A DNA stretch of 35,161 bases, from positions 24,737,120 through 24,772,280 of the forward strand of contig NC_068994.1 in assembly GCF_001194135.2 (NCBI RefSeq), read 5' to 3'. Of this stretch, positions 1-10,839 are shown in pieces. Below the pieces are notes generated by a model, which was not told the DNA's origin, did no database searches, and saw only the letters and a list, made by a program, of their open reading frames with translations. The position numbers and the translations under genes were made by a program. This DNA is from Octopus bimaculoides. Taxonomy: Eukaryota. Each line of letters starts with the position of its first letter. The first letter of the stretch is position 1.

Positions 1-736
1 CTTATAGAACAGATAAAAAATTTTGTATTCGAAGTTATTTCATGTAAAAAGTTGTCGTATTTCGGTAATTTCATCCAATCACTGACGTCTATTGAGGTGA
101 AAACAATTACTGCCGTAAGAATGTAAACAACATTTTCTAACGGTGTTACGGGATCTTTTCCCTTGAATAAAATTAGTGCCGTTGTTTGTCAACAACTATC
201 CGTGTTACTGTTATTTATGACATCCTTCGTGCGTTTGTACTGGTTTTAGGGTTAGGGTTCGGGTTTTAGAGTTAGGGTTAATTTTAGGATTACGGTTAGG
301 GTTATGATTATTTTTGCCATAACCTCACTCATAACCCTAACCCTAACCCTAACCCCAACTCTAATCCTAAAACCCTAACTCTTAAACCTGAACCCTAACC
401 CAAACGCACGAACGATGTTATAAATAACTACCGCCGATAGTTGTTGTTGACAAATAACGGCGCTAATTTTATTCAAGGGAAAAAAATCCCTTAACACCGT
501 TAGAATATGTTGTTTACATTCTTACGGCAGTAACTGTATTCAGGTGAATAGACGTCAGTGATTGGTTGAAATTACACAAATACGACAACTTTAACATGAA
601 ATAACTTATTAAGAACTAATTTTTGTTAAGAAGGCTAAGAGAAAAAGATGTTTTATATGACACATTCTACCAGTATCCCAAGTTTGAAAGTGTTTCGTTA
701 AGAAAACAAGTGTTGCCCGTCAAACCAAAAAGATCC
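1..736. mobile_element. Fold-back non-autonomous DNA transposon, copy 1 (left end outside window), with telomere-like core
   Basis: Arms ~31-310 and ~319-607 are imperfect reverse complements (gaagttatttcatg...actgacgtctatt vs aatagacgtcagt...catgaaataactt). Right end tgttgcccgtcaaaccaaaaagatcc (ends 736) matches the TIR of copy 2. Confidence 0.85.
241..402. repeat. Degenerate (TTAGGG)n followed head-to-head by (CCCTAA)n at the centre of the fold-back element
   Basis: G-rich ttagggttagggttcggg... at 241-310; C-rich ccctaaccctaaccctaa... at 319-402. Confidence 0.9.
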
Positions 737-972
737 CAAGCAGTTAATAGAGAGGTGCTAGCATCACTTCGGTATGGAGCTGGAATTGTGAAATGGCAAA
801 AGAGAGAAACGATGAAAATGGATACAAAGGCAAGAAACATGTTGACAGTACACTGAGCTTCCCACCCAAAGAGTGACACTGATAGGCTATATTTGTCCAG
901 AAGAAAGGGTGGTAGAGGCTTGATCAGTTGCCAGGACTGTATCGAAGCAGAGGAAAACAGCTTACAGTGGTA
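737..972 (+). mobile_element. Dong/R4-clade non-LTR retrotransposon fragment (post-RT region)
   Basis: Translates to AVNREVLASLRYGAGIVKW...HPKSDTDRLYLSRRKGGRGLISCQDCIEAEENSL, the conserved post-RT block of R4/Dong ORFs; one internal stop. Confidence 0.85.
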
Positions 973-974
973 AA

Positions 975-2835
975 GAGCGGCTAGTTGATCTTCTTCGATG
1001 CCCATAGTCTCCCCAAGAACGTCGTCGCACTTTTCCTCCACTAATCCTCTATAAAAAGCTAAAGTGGACGTTCCACATATCGCAATGTCCGATTGGCTGA
1101 GGGCAGTGAGCGCTTGAAGACATTACACTTTGCAAATGCTCCTCCTCGGTTTCTGTTTTACCCAGGACTACAGTTCCATTAAAGAAACTAACTGCGGAAA
1201 TATGTGTCTGGCGAACGGCTACCACACCTGTTCACTATCAAAGTAACACTGGAGATGTCGTAGCCTCAGCGCACGTCTGCGCATCATCAACCAAGACATG
1301 CCAAGGCCACCACTCAGCGGGTGTTGACAGCAGATAGACTGTCTGATCATCGGGACACGTCCCTTCCACAGCGTAATTAGACGGTAGCCAGGACAAGGCA
1401 CGACGGACAAGTGATAGTAGCTGACGGACACGATATACGCGTTAGCCACCTCTACCCGACCTTTCAGGGATAGCTTTCTCTCGGTCCATTTCTGGGTGAG
1501 AATAGTCATCCTGCTCGTTACCTCGTCCCAGTTTTTACCCATCTGGAGGTCCGGACCGAACTAGACCCCGAGCAATCTAACTGCTTCGTCCGTCCAACGT
1601 CCAAAGACGCAGTTGAACGGCATGGACTTGGTTCTCTGGGTGCCGAGCTGCAAGTCAACTGATTTTCCCTAATTAATCATCGCTCCTGAAACCGCCTCGT
1701 AGTCCCTGAGATCGGTGCCGATCATTTCTATGTATTTATGATCCGACACCACTACGGTGACATCGTCGGCATATACCGACACGCATCTTCCACATCCTAG
1801 TCACGCAGGATGTCTCTCAACGCCTCCAGTTTGTGTAGTAGTGGCTTGAGAGTCAGTACATACAAGAGAGACGAGAGCAGGCAACTTTGCCGGACCGAGC
1901 GCGTAATGCTGAATGGCTCTGAGAGGTGACCGTTCACTCTGACAACTGAACAGATGTCGCTGTGCATTGCAGCGATCTAGCCCCTGAATTCAGGCCTAAA
2001 ACCATCTGCCTTGAGGACCGCCACCAGGTACAGATGGTCGACCCTATCGAAAGCTTTAGACCAGTACTTCCCAAAGTGGGCTGTACTGCTCCTCTGGGGC
2101 GGTGGAAAGATCCAGGGGGTCGTTGAAGAAAAATGGAGCGATAATGGTTGTGACCAAAACGAGGCAATAGATGTAAAAAAAAAATAACGGGTTAATTAGG
2201 TATTTGTGAAATACTGTTGCTTTGATTTTGCTGCAGAAAATGGTCTATGTCTGTGATGGTGAGAGGTGGGTTGCACTAGGAATGTGGCCTCAGAACGAAG
2301 AGGGCGGCAACCTGAAAACGTTTGGGAACCACTGCTTTAGACTGATCTAAATTGACCAGGGCCCCACCCGTGCCAGGTTCTTTAGCCACTTTCTCACTGA
2401 TGTATGGCATGAGGTGGAGGTTGTCTTGAATGAATCTTTTCGGGATGGCACATATCTGTGCCTCCTCTACTAGATCCTCGACAACCTCGTAGCTAACACC
2501 TTCGCCAAAATTTTGAACTCCGCATTCAGGAGAGTTATGGGCCTAAAGTTGTCAATACAATCCCTCTTGTTCAGGTCTTTTGTCAGCAACCCCACCGCTC
2601 CTCGGCTCACAAAACTGGGAATTCTCCCATTTTGTTGTCATTTGCAGTAAACGCTTGCTAAGAGGTCGCCGAACAAGTCTGGCATATAAACGTAAAGTTC
2701 GCAGGGCAGACCATCTAAACCAGGCGATTTATCCCTCGTGCAGCTAGCCATTGCTTCCCGTATTTCAAAGGCTGTTATCGGCCTTTCGCAGCGCTTCACC
2801 TCCGTTGCCGAGAGCCGCGACAGTCACCGGGGACG
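975..2835 (-). mobile_element. Tx1/L1-clade LINE reverse transcriptase relic, interrupted by a hAT MITE
   Basis: Minus-strand motifs KSPGLDGLPCELY, FRPITLLNAEFKILAKV, LDQSKAFDRVDH (restored after removing the MITE), SVRQSCLLS, YADD (1762-1773) and RKLSLKGRVEVAN; frameshifts and stops present. Confidence 0.9.
2062..2334. mobile_element. hAT (Charlie-like) MITE, 273 bp
   Basis: TIRs CAGTACTTCCCAAA / TTTGGGAACCACTG; perfect 8-bp TSD CTTTAGAC (2054-2061 and 2335-2342); excision restores the Tx1 frame. Confidence 0.9.
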
Positions 2836-3363
2836 TTTAACATGTGACAGCGATAAAATACTGCTTCGAAATCTATCCAAAAGACATCGGGAATAAAAAC
2901 TAAGAATGGAACCTAAAATAACTGACAAAGTGTTGGACTATATCCGAGTACGTAATACTCATTAAAATTTATTTCTATTTTCCAAATGAGATGATGTATT
3001 TTAACTGTGTATCATCTCCATCACTCGCACAACACATGTAAACACGTTCACCACATTACGATCCAATCAACATCAGACCGTTTCCGTCTCCAACCATCAT
3101 ACACAAGAAAAAGAAAAAAGAAATTAAAGAATACCCGTAGTATTCAACCCAAGGATAACAAACGAGGAGTACGTAAAACGTACGAAAAACTACGGGTGCA
3201 AAACCATTTAACACTAGAAATGAACAGACCTACGAAAATGATGACCGTCAAAATAAAGGGCCGGACGTTATTCCTCATGTCCCGGAAATAAGATTAAAAA
3301 AAGCATAAATGGACACGGGAGGAATAGATTTCAATTCTACACGCTTATTTTACAGCAGTGCTC

Positions 3364-4293
3364 GGATCTTTATGATTTGACGGGCAACACTTGTTTTCTT
3401 AACGAAACACTTTCAAATTTGAGACACTGGTAGAATGTGTCATATAAAACAACTTCTTCTCTTAACCTTCTTAACAAAAAATTGTACATCGCAAGTTATT
3501 TCATGTTAAAGTTGTCGTATTTCTGTAATTTCAACCAATCACTGACGTCTATTCAGCTGAATACAATTAGTGCTGTTCGTTGTCAAGTGTGTTATTCCCT
3601 GTTTAATTATATCATTATTACCTAGTAAGGGTTTAGGGCTTTAGGGTTAGGGCTCGGGTTTTAGGGTTAGGGTCTTAGGGTTAGGGGTGGGGTTAGGGTT
3701 AGGGTTAGGGTTATGGTTATGAGTTANNNNNNNNNNNNNNNNNNNNNNNNNNNNNNNNNNNNNNNNNNNNNNNNNNNNNNNNNNNNNNNNNNNNNNNNNN
3801 NNNNNNNNNNNNNNNNNNNNNNNNNNNNNNNNNNNNNNNNNNNNNNNNNNNNNNNNNNNNNNNNNNNNNNNNNNNNNNNNNNNNNNNNNNNNNNNNNNNN
3901 NNNNNNNNNNNNNNNNNNNNNNNNNNNNNNNNNNNNNNNNNNNNNNNNNAACGATGTCATAAATAACAGTGACAAACGAAATATATACCGCTGATAGTTG
4001 TTGTTGACAACGGATAGTTTTTGTTGACAAACAACGGCACTAATTTTATTCAAGGGAAAAAATCCCGTAACACCGTTGTTTACATTCCATGGCGTAATTG
4101 TTTTCACCTCAATAGACGTCAGTGATTGGTTGAAATTACCGAAATACGACAATTTTTTTACATGAAATAACTTCGAATACAACATTTTTTATCTGTTCTA
4201 TAACACAAAATATACAAGTATTCGAAGTTTGAAAGTGTTTCGGTACCAAAAACACTACATAAAAAAATGTTGCCCGTCAAATCATAAAGATCC
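3364..4293. mobile_element. Fold-back DNA transposon, copy 2 (both ends present, centre in N-gap), opposite orientation to copy 1
   Basis: Perfect 26-bp TIR GGATCTTTATGATTTGACGGGCAACA; 8-bp TSD CAGTGCTC (3356-3363 and 4294-4301); long inverted arms; TTAGGG tract at ~3628-3726 running into gap 3727-3949. Confidence 0.92.
3628..3726 (+). repeat. Degenerate (TTAGGG)n tract inside fold-back copy 2
   Basis: agggtttagggctttagggttaggg...gggttagggttagggttagggttatggttat. Confidence 0.9.
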
Positions 4294-5392
4294 CAGTGCT
4301 CTACCCACAGAACGAAAACACAACATATACATATAAAATCTGGAAGAAAAATAACCTAGATAAAAATTTGGATACAGCAATAAACCCTAATAAACTAGCT
4401 GACAGACGATGATATATTCTCGAAGCAAAACAAATATCAGAAATAGAAATAGAACACTTAAAAGGAAAAATACATCAGGAAAGCACAGAGGGTTACTACA
4501 CAGCAATGCCAGATAATATCATAAGTACTGGGAGTGTAAAATACGAAGACAGACGTAACATGTCCAACAAAAACGAAGTAAACAACGAAAGACAACAAAT
4601 CCAGACTGTAAGAATGTATAATGATGAGCAAAATGCACCTGACCAGATCACCACAGACGAAAATATGAAAGGGAGGGAATACGAAACAAATCTAAAACCT
4701 GGAAACAGTGAAGGTGAAAAGTAATGATTGTGATACTCTAAAAATGAGTATAACCAAAGTATTGAAAGCCACAGATCACAGTATGGACCACCAATTGTAC
4801 CTTCCAAAAATTAAAATTGATAATATGCGCTCTCTCCATTCCTTTTCAGCTTGGCACTAACACCTTCATCTGACAAGCTAAACGGAATTGGATGTGGATA
4901 CGACTGTTACGGCAAAGCAGTCAACCATCTCTTGTATATAGATGATCTAAAACTGTACGCTACAAATGATAAACAGCTGGAAACATTACTACAGACAGTA
5001 CATGGATTTACCAAAGAGATAAATATGAAATTTGGCTTAGAAATATGTGTCAAAGCAACCTTGAAAACGGAAATCTAGTTAAGAGTAACAACATCACACT
5101 AAATAAAGCAAATGAAATAAGAGAATTAGACCAAAGCTAGACATACAAATACTGAGGAATCAATGAACTAGATACGATACAACACACAAATGAAAGAGAA
5201 AATAAGAAAGGAATACTATAGAGGAGTTAGATTAATACTGAAAACTGAACTCAATGCGAAAAACAAGATAATAGGCGTCAACACTCTAGCCGTTCCAGTT
5301 ATAAGTTACAGCTACAATATTCTTAACTGGACTCTAAATGGACTAATCAAAAAAGACAGGAAAGCAAGAAAAATAGTGACAGGATTTAGGAT

Positions 5393-5424
5393 GTAGTGCA
5401 GTGAAATCACGTGAAAATAATATT

Positions 5425-5519
<95 letters not shown>
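5393..5519 (+). repeat. Short Dong 3'-UTR-like stub followed by (AAC)n(AAT)n
   Basis: gtagtgcagtgaaatcacgtgaaaataatatt resembles gtagtgaagtgaaagcacgttataaaaataac at ~6811-6842; both are followed by AAC/AAT tails. Confidence 0.65.
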
Positions 5520-5521
<2 letters not shown>

Positions 5522-5617
5522 CTAATACAAATAGCCACAAAACACGAGCAAAACAAAAAACTGTTTTCAGTATTTAAGGAAGCTGACAAATACAAACAAG
5601 AAATCAATCTACCTAAC

Positions 5618-5664
5618 GAAGAAGAAGAAGAAGAAGAAGAAGAAGAAGAAGAAGAAGAAGAAGA
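5618..5664 (+). repeat. (GAA)n microsatellite running into assembly gap
   Basis: Direct reading; gap 5665-6568. Confidence 0.95.
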
Positions 5665-6568
5665 NNNNNNNNNNNNNNNNNNNNNNNNNNNNNNNNNNNN
5701 NNNNNNNNNNNNNNNNNNNNNNNNNNNNNNNNNNNNNNNNNNNNNNNNNNNNNNNNNNNNNNNNNNNNNNNNNNNNNNNNNNNNNNNNNNNNNNNNNNNN
5801 NNNNNNNNNNNNNNNNNNNNNNNNNNNNNNNNNNNNNNNNNNNNNNNNNNNNNNNNNNNNNNNNNNNNNNNNNNNNNNNNNNNNNNNNNNNNNNNNNNNN
5901 NNNNNNNNNNNNNNNNNNNNNNNNNNNNNNNNNNNNNNNNNNNNNNNNNNNNNNNNNNNNNNNNNNNNNNNNNNNNNNNNNNNNNNNNNNNNNNNNNNNN
6001 NNNNNNNNNNNNNNNNNNNNNNNNNNNNNNNNNNNNNNNNNNNNNNNNNNNNNNNNNNNNNNNNNNNNNNNNNNNNNNNNNNNNNNNNNNNNNNNNNNNN
6101 NNNNNNNNNNNNNNNNNNNNNNNNNNNNNNNNNNNNNNNNNNNNNNNNNNNNNNNNNNNNNNNNNNNNNNNNNNNNNNNNNNNNNNNNNNNNNNNNNNNN
6201 NNNNNNNNNNNNNNNNNNNNNNNNNNNNNNNNNNNNNNNNNNNNNNNNNNNNNNNNNNNNNNNNNNNNNNNNNNNNNNNNNNNNNNNNNNNNNNNNNNNN
6301 NNNNNNNNNNNNNNNNNNNNNNNNNNNNNNNNNNNNNNNNNNNNNNNNNNNNNNNNNNNNNNNNNNNNNNNNNNNNNNNNNNNNNNNNNNNNNNNNNNNN
6401 NNNNNNNNNNNNNNNNNNNNNNNNNNNNNNNNNNNNNNNNNNNNNNNNNNNNNNNNNNNNNNNNNNNNNNNNNNNNNNNNNNNNNNNNNNNNNNNNNNNN
6501 NNNNNNNNNNNNNNNNNNNNNNNNNNNNNNNNNNNNNNNNNNNNNNNNNNNNNNNNNNNNNNNNNNNN

Positions 6569-6880
6569 AACTCGAATGTGGAGTCTAAAAACAGAAACAT
6601 TTCCTATCATAGTAGGTGCCTTAGGTATAATAAAAAAATATTCAGACAAATACATAACAAAAACACCAGGACTTACAAATATATATAACATACAGAAAAT
6701 TGCACTACTGGGTACTGCACACATTCTACGCAAAACACTTTCAATACAGTAAACATAAGAGCACCACAGCAAACCGCAGCACATACCCAAGGCGCACAGA
6801 GCTGCGCTCGGTAGTGAAGTGAAAGCACGTTATAAAAATAACACTACTGAACAACAATAATAATAATAATAATAATAATT
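6569..6880 (+). mobile_element. Dong/R4 3' end: end of RLE endonuclease, 3' UTR and (AAT)n tail
   Basis: LKTETFPIIVGALGIIKK...IQKIALLGTAHILRKTLSIQ*, then UTR and aacaacaataataataat. Confidence 0.88.
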
Positions 6881-7605
6881 CTTACTGATAAATGGCAAGA
6901 AAAACCTCTCGATGGTAAACACCCAAAGAGAACTAATAGTGCCGTTGTCGACAAAGCCCTTACTCATCAATGGTTAATGTCTTCTGACCTAAAATCAGAG
7001 ACAGAAAGGTTTATCATAGCAGCCCAAGATCAATGCCTACCTACAAGGAGCTACCAGGCCAACATTACTAAAGAACGGCAGTAGCCCGACATGTCGTGCA
7101 TGTAAACAACAAAATGAAACCATCGATCATGTTGTCTCCATGTGCAAGTCTTGCACCTGCAGAGTATCTCAACAGGCATGAAAGAGCAGCACAGTATATT
7201 CACTGGGCAATTTGCAAAATTTTGGACCGGCTCCATGATAAAAACTGGTAGGAACACAAACCACCACCAGTGCTTGAAAATTACCATATTTCACTCCCTT
7301 GTAACTTCACTGTTCAAACTGACAGAAAGATAAATGCGAATAGGCTAGACATTATATTGAAGGATTTCAGACAAAAATCATTTCTCCTCATCGATATGAC
7401 TGTCCCGAAGACCTACCATAAACTGAGCAAGCATAACGATCTTGAAATAGAACCTCAAGACTAAAACAATACCTGTTGACATTAGTGCATTAGGAATGAT
7501 AGCAAAAAGGGCTGATTGCTACCTAGCTCAGATACCAGGAAATCCCAAAATGGCAGAAATTCAAAAAATAGTGCTCACCTATATCCCACGTAAAATACTG
7601 TCTAA
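6881..7605 (+). mobile_element. Dong/R4 C-terminal relic (CCHC finger plus RLE endonuclease)
   Basis: KWQEKPLDGK, LKSETERFIIAAQDQCL, CRACKQQNETIDHVVSMC, TVQTDRKINANRLDIILKD...LLIDMTVP, SALGMI; frameshifted. Confidence 0.85.
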
Positions 7606-7619
7606 AAACCTAATACAGA

Positions 7620-9265
7620 AAAAGCTAAAATGTTTTGGAGTAATATTTGGGATAAGCTAGTCAATCATAATGGAGATGCAGTATGATTAAAGAAAGTGAG
7701 GGAAGAAGTAGTGACTGATGAGCAGCCGCAAGGGTGACTAGAGGAAGAGCAATACTTTTTATGAAAGACAAACGCAAGGGTAATACAGCTAGCAATTATA
7801 GACAAATTGCTTGCTTACCATAAGTGTGGAAGCTGTTAACGGGGATGCTTCCAGAAAGCATTTACGAGCATCTTGACAACCAGAATTTACTGCCAGAAGA
7901 ACAGAAAGGTTGCAGGAAGAAGGCTAGAGGAACACATGATCTATTATACATGGACAAAGCCGTTCTAAATGAAGCAAAATCTAGAATGAAAATTTTAACA
8001 ATAGCATGGATAGATTACATGAAAGCCTGACATAATCCCACACTCACGGATAAGTGAATGTTTGAATATATTCAGTATAGCAGACAACATAAGAGAATTG
8101 ATTAGCTTTTGCATTAAGAAACGGAAAGTAGATCTCTACTCAGGTGACACATTCTTAGGGGAAAATTAATATCAAAAGAGGAATTTTCCAAGGAGACTCG
8201 TTATCTCCTTTAATATTTGTCTTATGTTTGATCTCCCTCAGTTTAGTATTAAGAAAGGCAAAGGTATGATATCAGTTCAGAAATAGTCAGGGAAAAATTA
8301 ATCATTTGCTCTACGTGGATGATCTGAAGCTTTTCAGTAAGAAAGAAAAAGAGACAGATTCCTTAATGCAGACTATAAGACTCTTCAACAAAGATATAGG
8401 CGTGGTATTTGGCTTAGATAAGTGTGCAATATTAGTTATGAGAAGGGGACAGGTGGTCAACAGTGAAGGCATCCATTTACCAGATGGCCAGACATTAAAA
8501 TCATTGAAAGAAAGAGAGAGTTATAAGTATCTAGTATTTGACAGAGTACTAACTAAAGAGATGAAAATTGAGAAAGAATACATCAGAAGGGTGAGGAAGC
8601 TGATGAAGTCAAAGCTATATAGTCCAAATCTAGTGAAGGCTGTAAATACTTGGGCAGTATCATTACTTAGATACTCAGCAGCTTTTGCAGATTAGACAAA
8701 TACTGAATTAGCAAAGCTAGACAGAAGAATTAGAAAGGAATTCAATATGAATGGAGGTCTCCACCCAAGGGCAGAGGTAGCACTATTATACTTACCTAGT
8801 AAGGAAGGTGAGTAGAAGACTGCGTGGAGTTAGTTAGCTAGAGTAGATATAGATTTCAACGTAGGTAATAGCGAAGAAAGTTTACTAAGAGTTTCTAGAG
8901 CCAGAGGAAGGCATAAGGAAACAAAAAAAAAAACGAAGTTAAAAACCAGAAAAAAGAAAAAAAGTTATTTGACTGGCAGGAGAAGGCTTTGCATGGTAGA
9001 TTCCCAAAGATAGTTGAAGCAAGTGGCTGTAGTGAGACATGATTATGGTTGCAGAAAGGAAGGCTGAAAAAGGGGACAGAAAGTTTTTTAATAGCAACAC
9101 AAGATCAAGCATTAAGTACTAATTGGATAAAAACCAAGATAGACAAACACCAGGTAGATTCCCAATGTAAGTTATGCAAATCAAAAGAGGTAAGTGTTAC
9201 TCATATAGTAAGTGAATGTAGTATACTGACACAGGAAGAATACAAGAAAAGACATGGCAACCTAG
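7620..9265 (+). mobile_element. Second Dong/R4 family relic (RT through CCHC finger), 3'-truncated
   Basis: FWSNIWD, LLPEEQKGCRK, AWIDYMKA, GIFQGDSLSPL, YVDD (8312-8323), AVNTWAVSLLRYSA, TESFLIATQDQAL, CKLCKSKEVSVTHIVSEC. Confidence 0.9.
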
Positions 9266-9275
9266 GTTGCCATGT

Positions 9276-9311
9276 TCTTTCGTCACACTTCTGTGACCTC
9301 ATCAGTGGTCC
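9276..9311 (-). ncRNA. Truncated minimal hammerhead ribozyme motif
   Basis: Minus strand GGACCA-CUGAUGA-G-GUCACA(GAAG)UGUGAC-GAAA-GA, cut within stem III at a 24-bp palindrome; same family as 17228-17266. Confidence 0.65.
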
Positions 9312-9544
9312 TTTGTTTCCTTCTTTCTTATGTGTGTCTCACCTTGCTAACTATCAGCCGAAATAAGATTAAGATTAATGTAATATAAAGCTGAAGCAAA
9401 TTAACACCAAATATACAGTGCGTGTGTTTTTATTGGCTAAACTGGCAATATGACCATCCCCAAGTACAACAACATCTGTTTCAACACACGATTTCACATC
9501 AAAAATCTTGCAAAATAAATATATATATATATATATATATATAA

Positions 9545-10199
9545 AGAGTCTTCTTTATTTATTTCACTACTGGAGAAGATTGGAAGAAATCCTTTCTGCA
9601 ATAAGGACACATATTTGTCTGAGTTTATCTTTCCTTCACACTCCGCCAGCTCTAATCGACCATTGCTCCAAATTGCTCCCCAGACCATCACAGAATAGCC
9701 ACCATGTTTCATTATTGGCTGCAACCTTTTCACATCAATTTCTTGATCACAAAGTTTCCAGGCCCACACTCAACCACTGTTAGAAAATACAGCAAATCTG
9801 GACTTATCAGAGAATAAGACAGTGTCCCAAAATTCTAGTGATCTCTCCACTATCTCACTTGTCCAATCTTTTCTCCGTTTTATATTGGCTGTTTGAAGAA
9901 GTGACTTCCTTCTTGCTGCTCTGCCATAGTAGCCAAGTTTGTGAAGATACCTGACAGCTGTTCTAGGACTGATATCAACATGTTTTGTTATGTCAGAGAC
10001 CTTGCAACGAAGGTTATCCTCCACACTTCTCTTAACAAAGTGAAGGGTCCTGTCAGAGGGCCCTGATCGACCTGGCAAGGTGATGTGGACTCCTTCCCCT
10101 CTCGGGTGAATTGCACGATGAAAGGTTTTCTGTGATTTGACCCACAATACGGCATCTTTAAAGTTCGAACAGTTTCAAGGCTTCTTTTGTACGTGGCAT
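9545..10199 (-). pseudogene. Tc1/mariner transposase relic
   Basis: ATG at 10199 (MPRTKE...), HKLGYYGRAARRK, FWDTVLFSDKSRF, KHGGYSVMVWGAI, KYVSLLQ; frameshifted; ends at (TA)n ~9518-9542 before the second catalytic Asp is clearly seen. Confidence 0.9.
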
Positions 10200-10359
10200 G
10201 ATTAAACAGTTACATTATAGAACCTGAAACATAAAAATGTCAATTAATAAAAACCTTTTCAAGTTAAAAATAAACATAAAACGATGTCCTATGGAGAGTC
10301 TATTTATTTCTGTCATGTCCGTTTATATAACAAGAGGTACGGAATGGAATAGGAAAAAT

Positions 10360-10447
10360 CCGGGCTACATGTTTCATAACGAGTGGAACCTCAGAAGTAG
10401 TAAAATCCAAGTGAAGTGTATACCGCCGGCTACTCTTCAGGCCTAGG
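10360..10447 (-). ncRNA. Minimal type-I hammerhead ribozyme motif (inverted copy)
   Basis: CCUAGGC-CUGAAGA-GUAGC...GUUAU-GAAA-CAUG-UA/GCCCGG; palindromic ACAUGU; one stem I mismatch. Confidence 0.65.
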
Positions 10448-10565
10448 ATATCCCTACATTATTACACACCTCTCATACTGTTCCCTCCACACGTTCTGAT
10501 TGAATCTTCTTTGCATCATCATGTATCTCCTTGCGACAATGTAACCTTTAATCTAATCAAGATTT

Positions 10566-10656
10566 CCTGGGCCTGAAGAGTAGCCGGCGGTATACACCTC
10601 ACTTGGATTTTACCACTTTTGAAGTTCCACTCGCTATGAAACATATGTAGTCCGGA
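10566..10656 (+). ncRNA. Minimal type-I hammerhead ribozyme motif
   Basis: CCUGGGC-CUGAAGA(10573)-GUAGC...GCUAU-GAAA(10638)-CAUAUG-UA/GUCCGG; 6-bp stem I; predicted cleavage after 10649. Confidence 0.75.
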
Positions 10657-10839
10657 CTTTTCCTACTCCCTTCCGTAACTCTTGTATACTTTTTCGCACA
10701 CTCGGCAACCCTGGTCGCCTACCGTGGAATATAAAAAGAACCTTTTTCTGCTCATCGTTCTTCGATAAAGAAAAATAATCCACAACCTTCCACTTCAATA
10801 AACCACTATTGTTCCTGAAAGTTGTTTTTTTATATATTT

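Larger units (their letters stand above)
3000..5617 (+). mobile_element. Dong/R4 LINE relic (N-terminus plus RT), split by fold-back copy 2 and internally deleted
   Basis: KHKWTREE*ISILHAYFTAVL joins YPQNENTTYTYKIWKK...NPNKLADRR across the insertion. Jump at ~4825 to ALSPFLFSLAL, YIDD (4935-4946), KEKIRKEYYRGVRLILKTELNAKNK. Left boundary uncertain. Confidence 0.8.
10325..10690. mobile_element. Solo PLE-type pseudo-LTR with inverted duplication, each arm carrying a hammerhead motif
   Basis: ~120-bp inverted repeats 10325-10447 and 10567-10690 around a ~120-bp spacer. Confidence 0.7.

Noticed and set aside
241-402. Head-to-head telomere repeats as an ancestral chromosome end-to-end fusion site
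   Set aside because: The tract lies inside an element that occurs twice here, and copy 2 has TIRs and a TSD; transposition explains it.
3647-6790. Long ORFs in the track spanning N-runs (also at 12956-13774, 19025-19420, 25473-26063, 31931-32596)
   Set aside because: Artefacts of gaps and triplet microsatellites.
7715-7745. CTGATGA followed by a GCAA loop as a hammerhead
   Set aside because: No GAAA or stem III; lies in Dong coding sequence.
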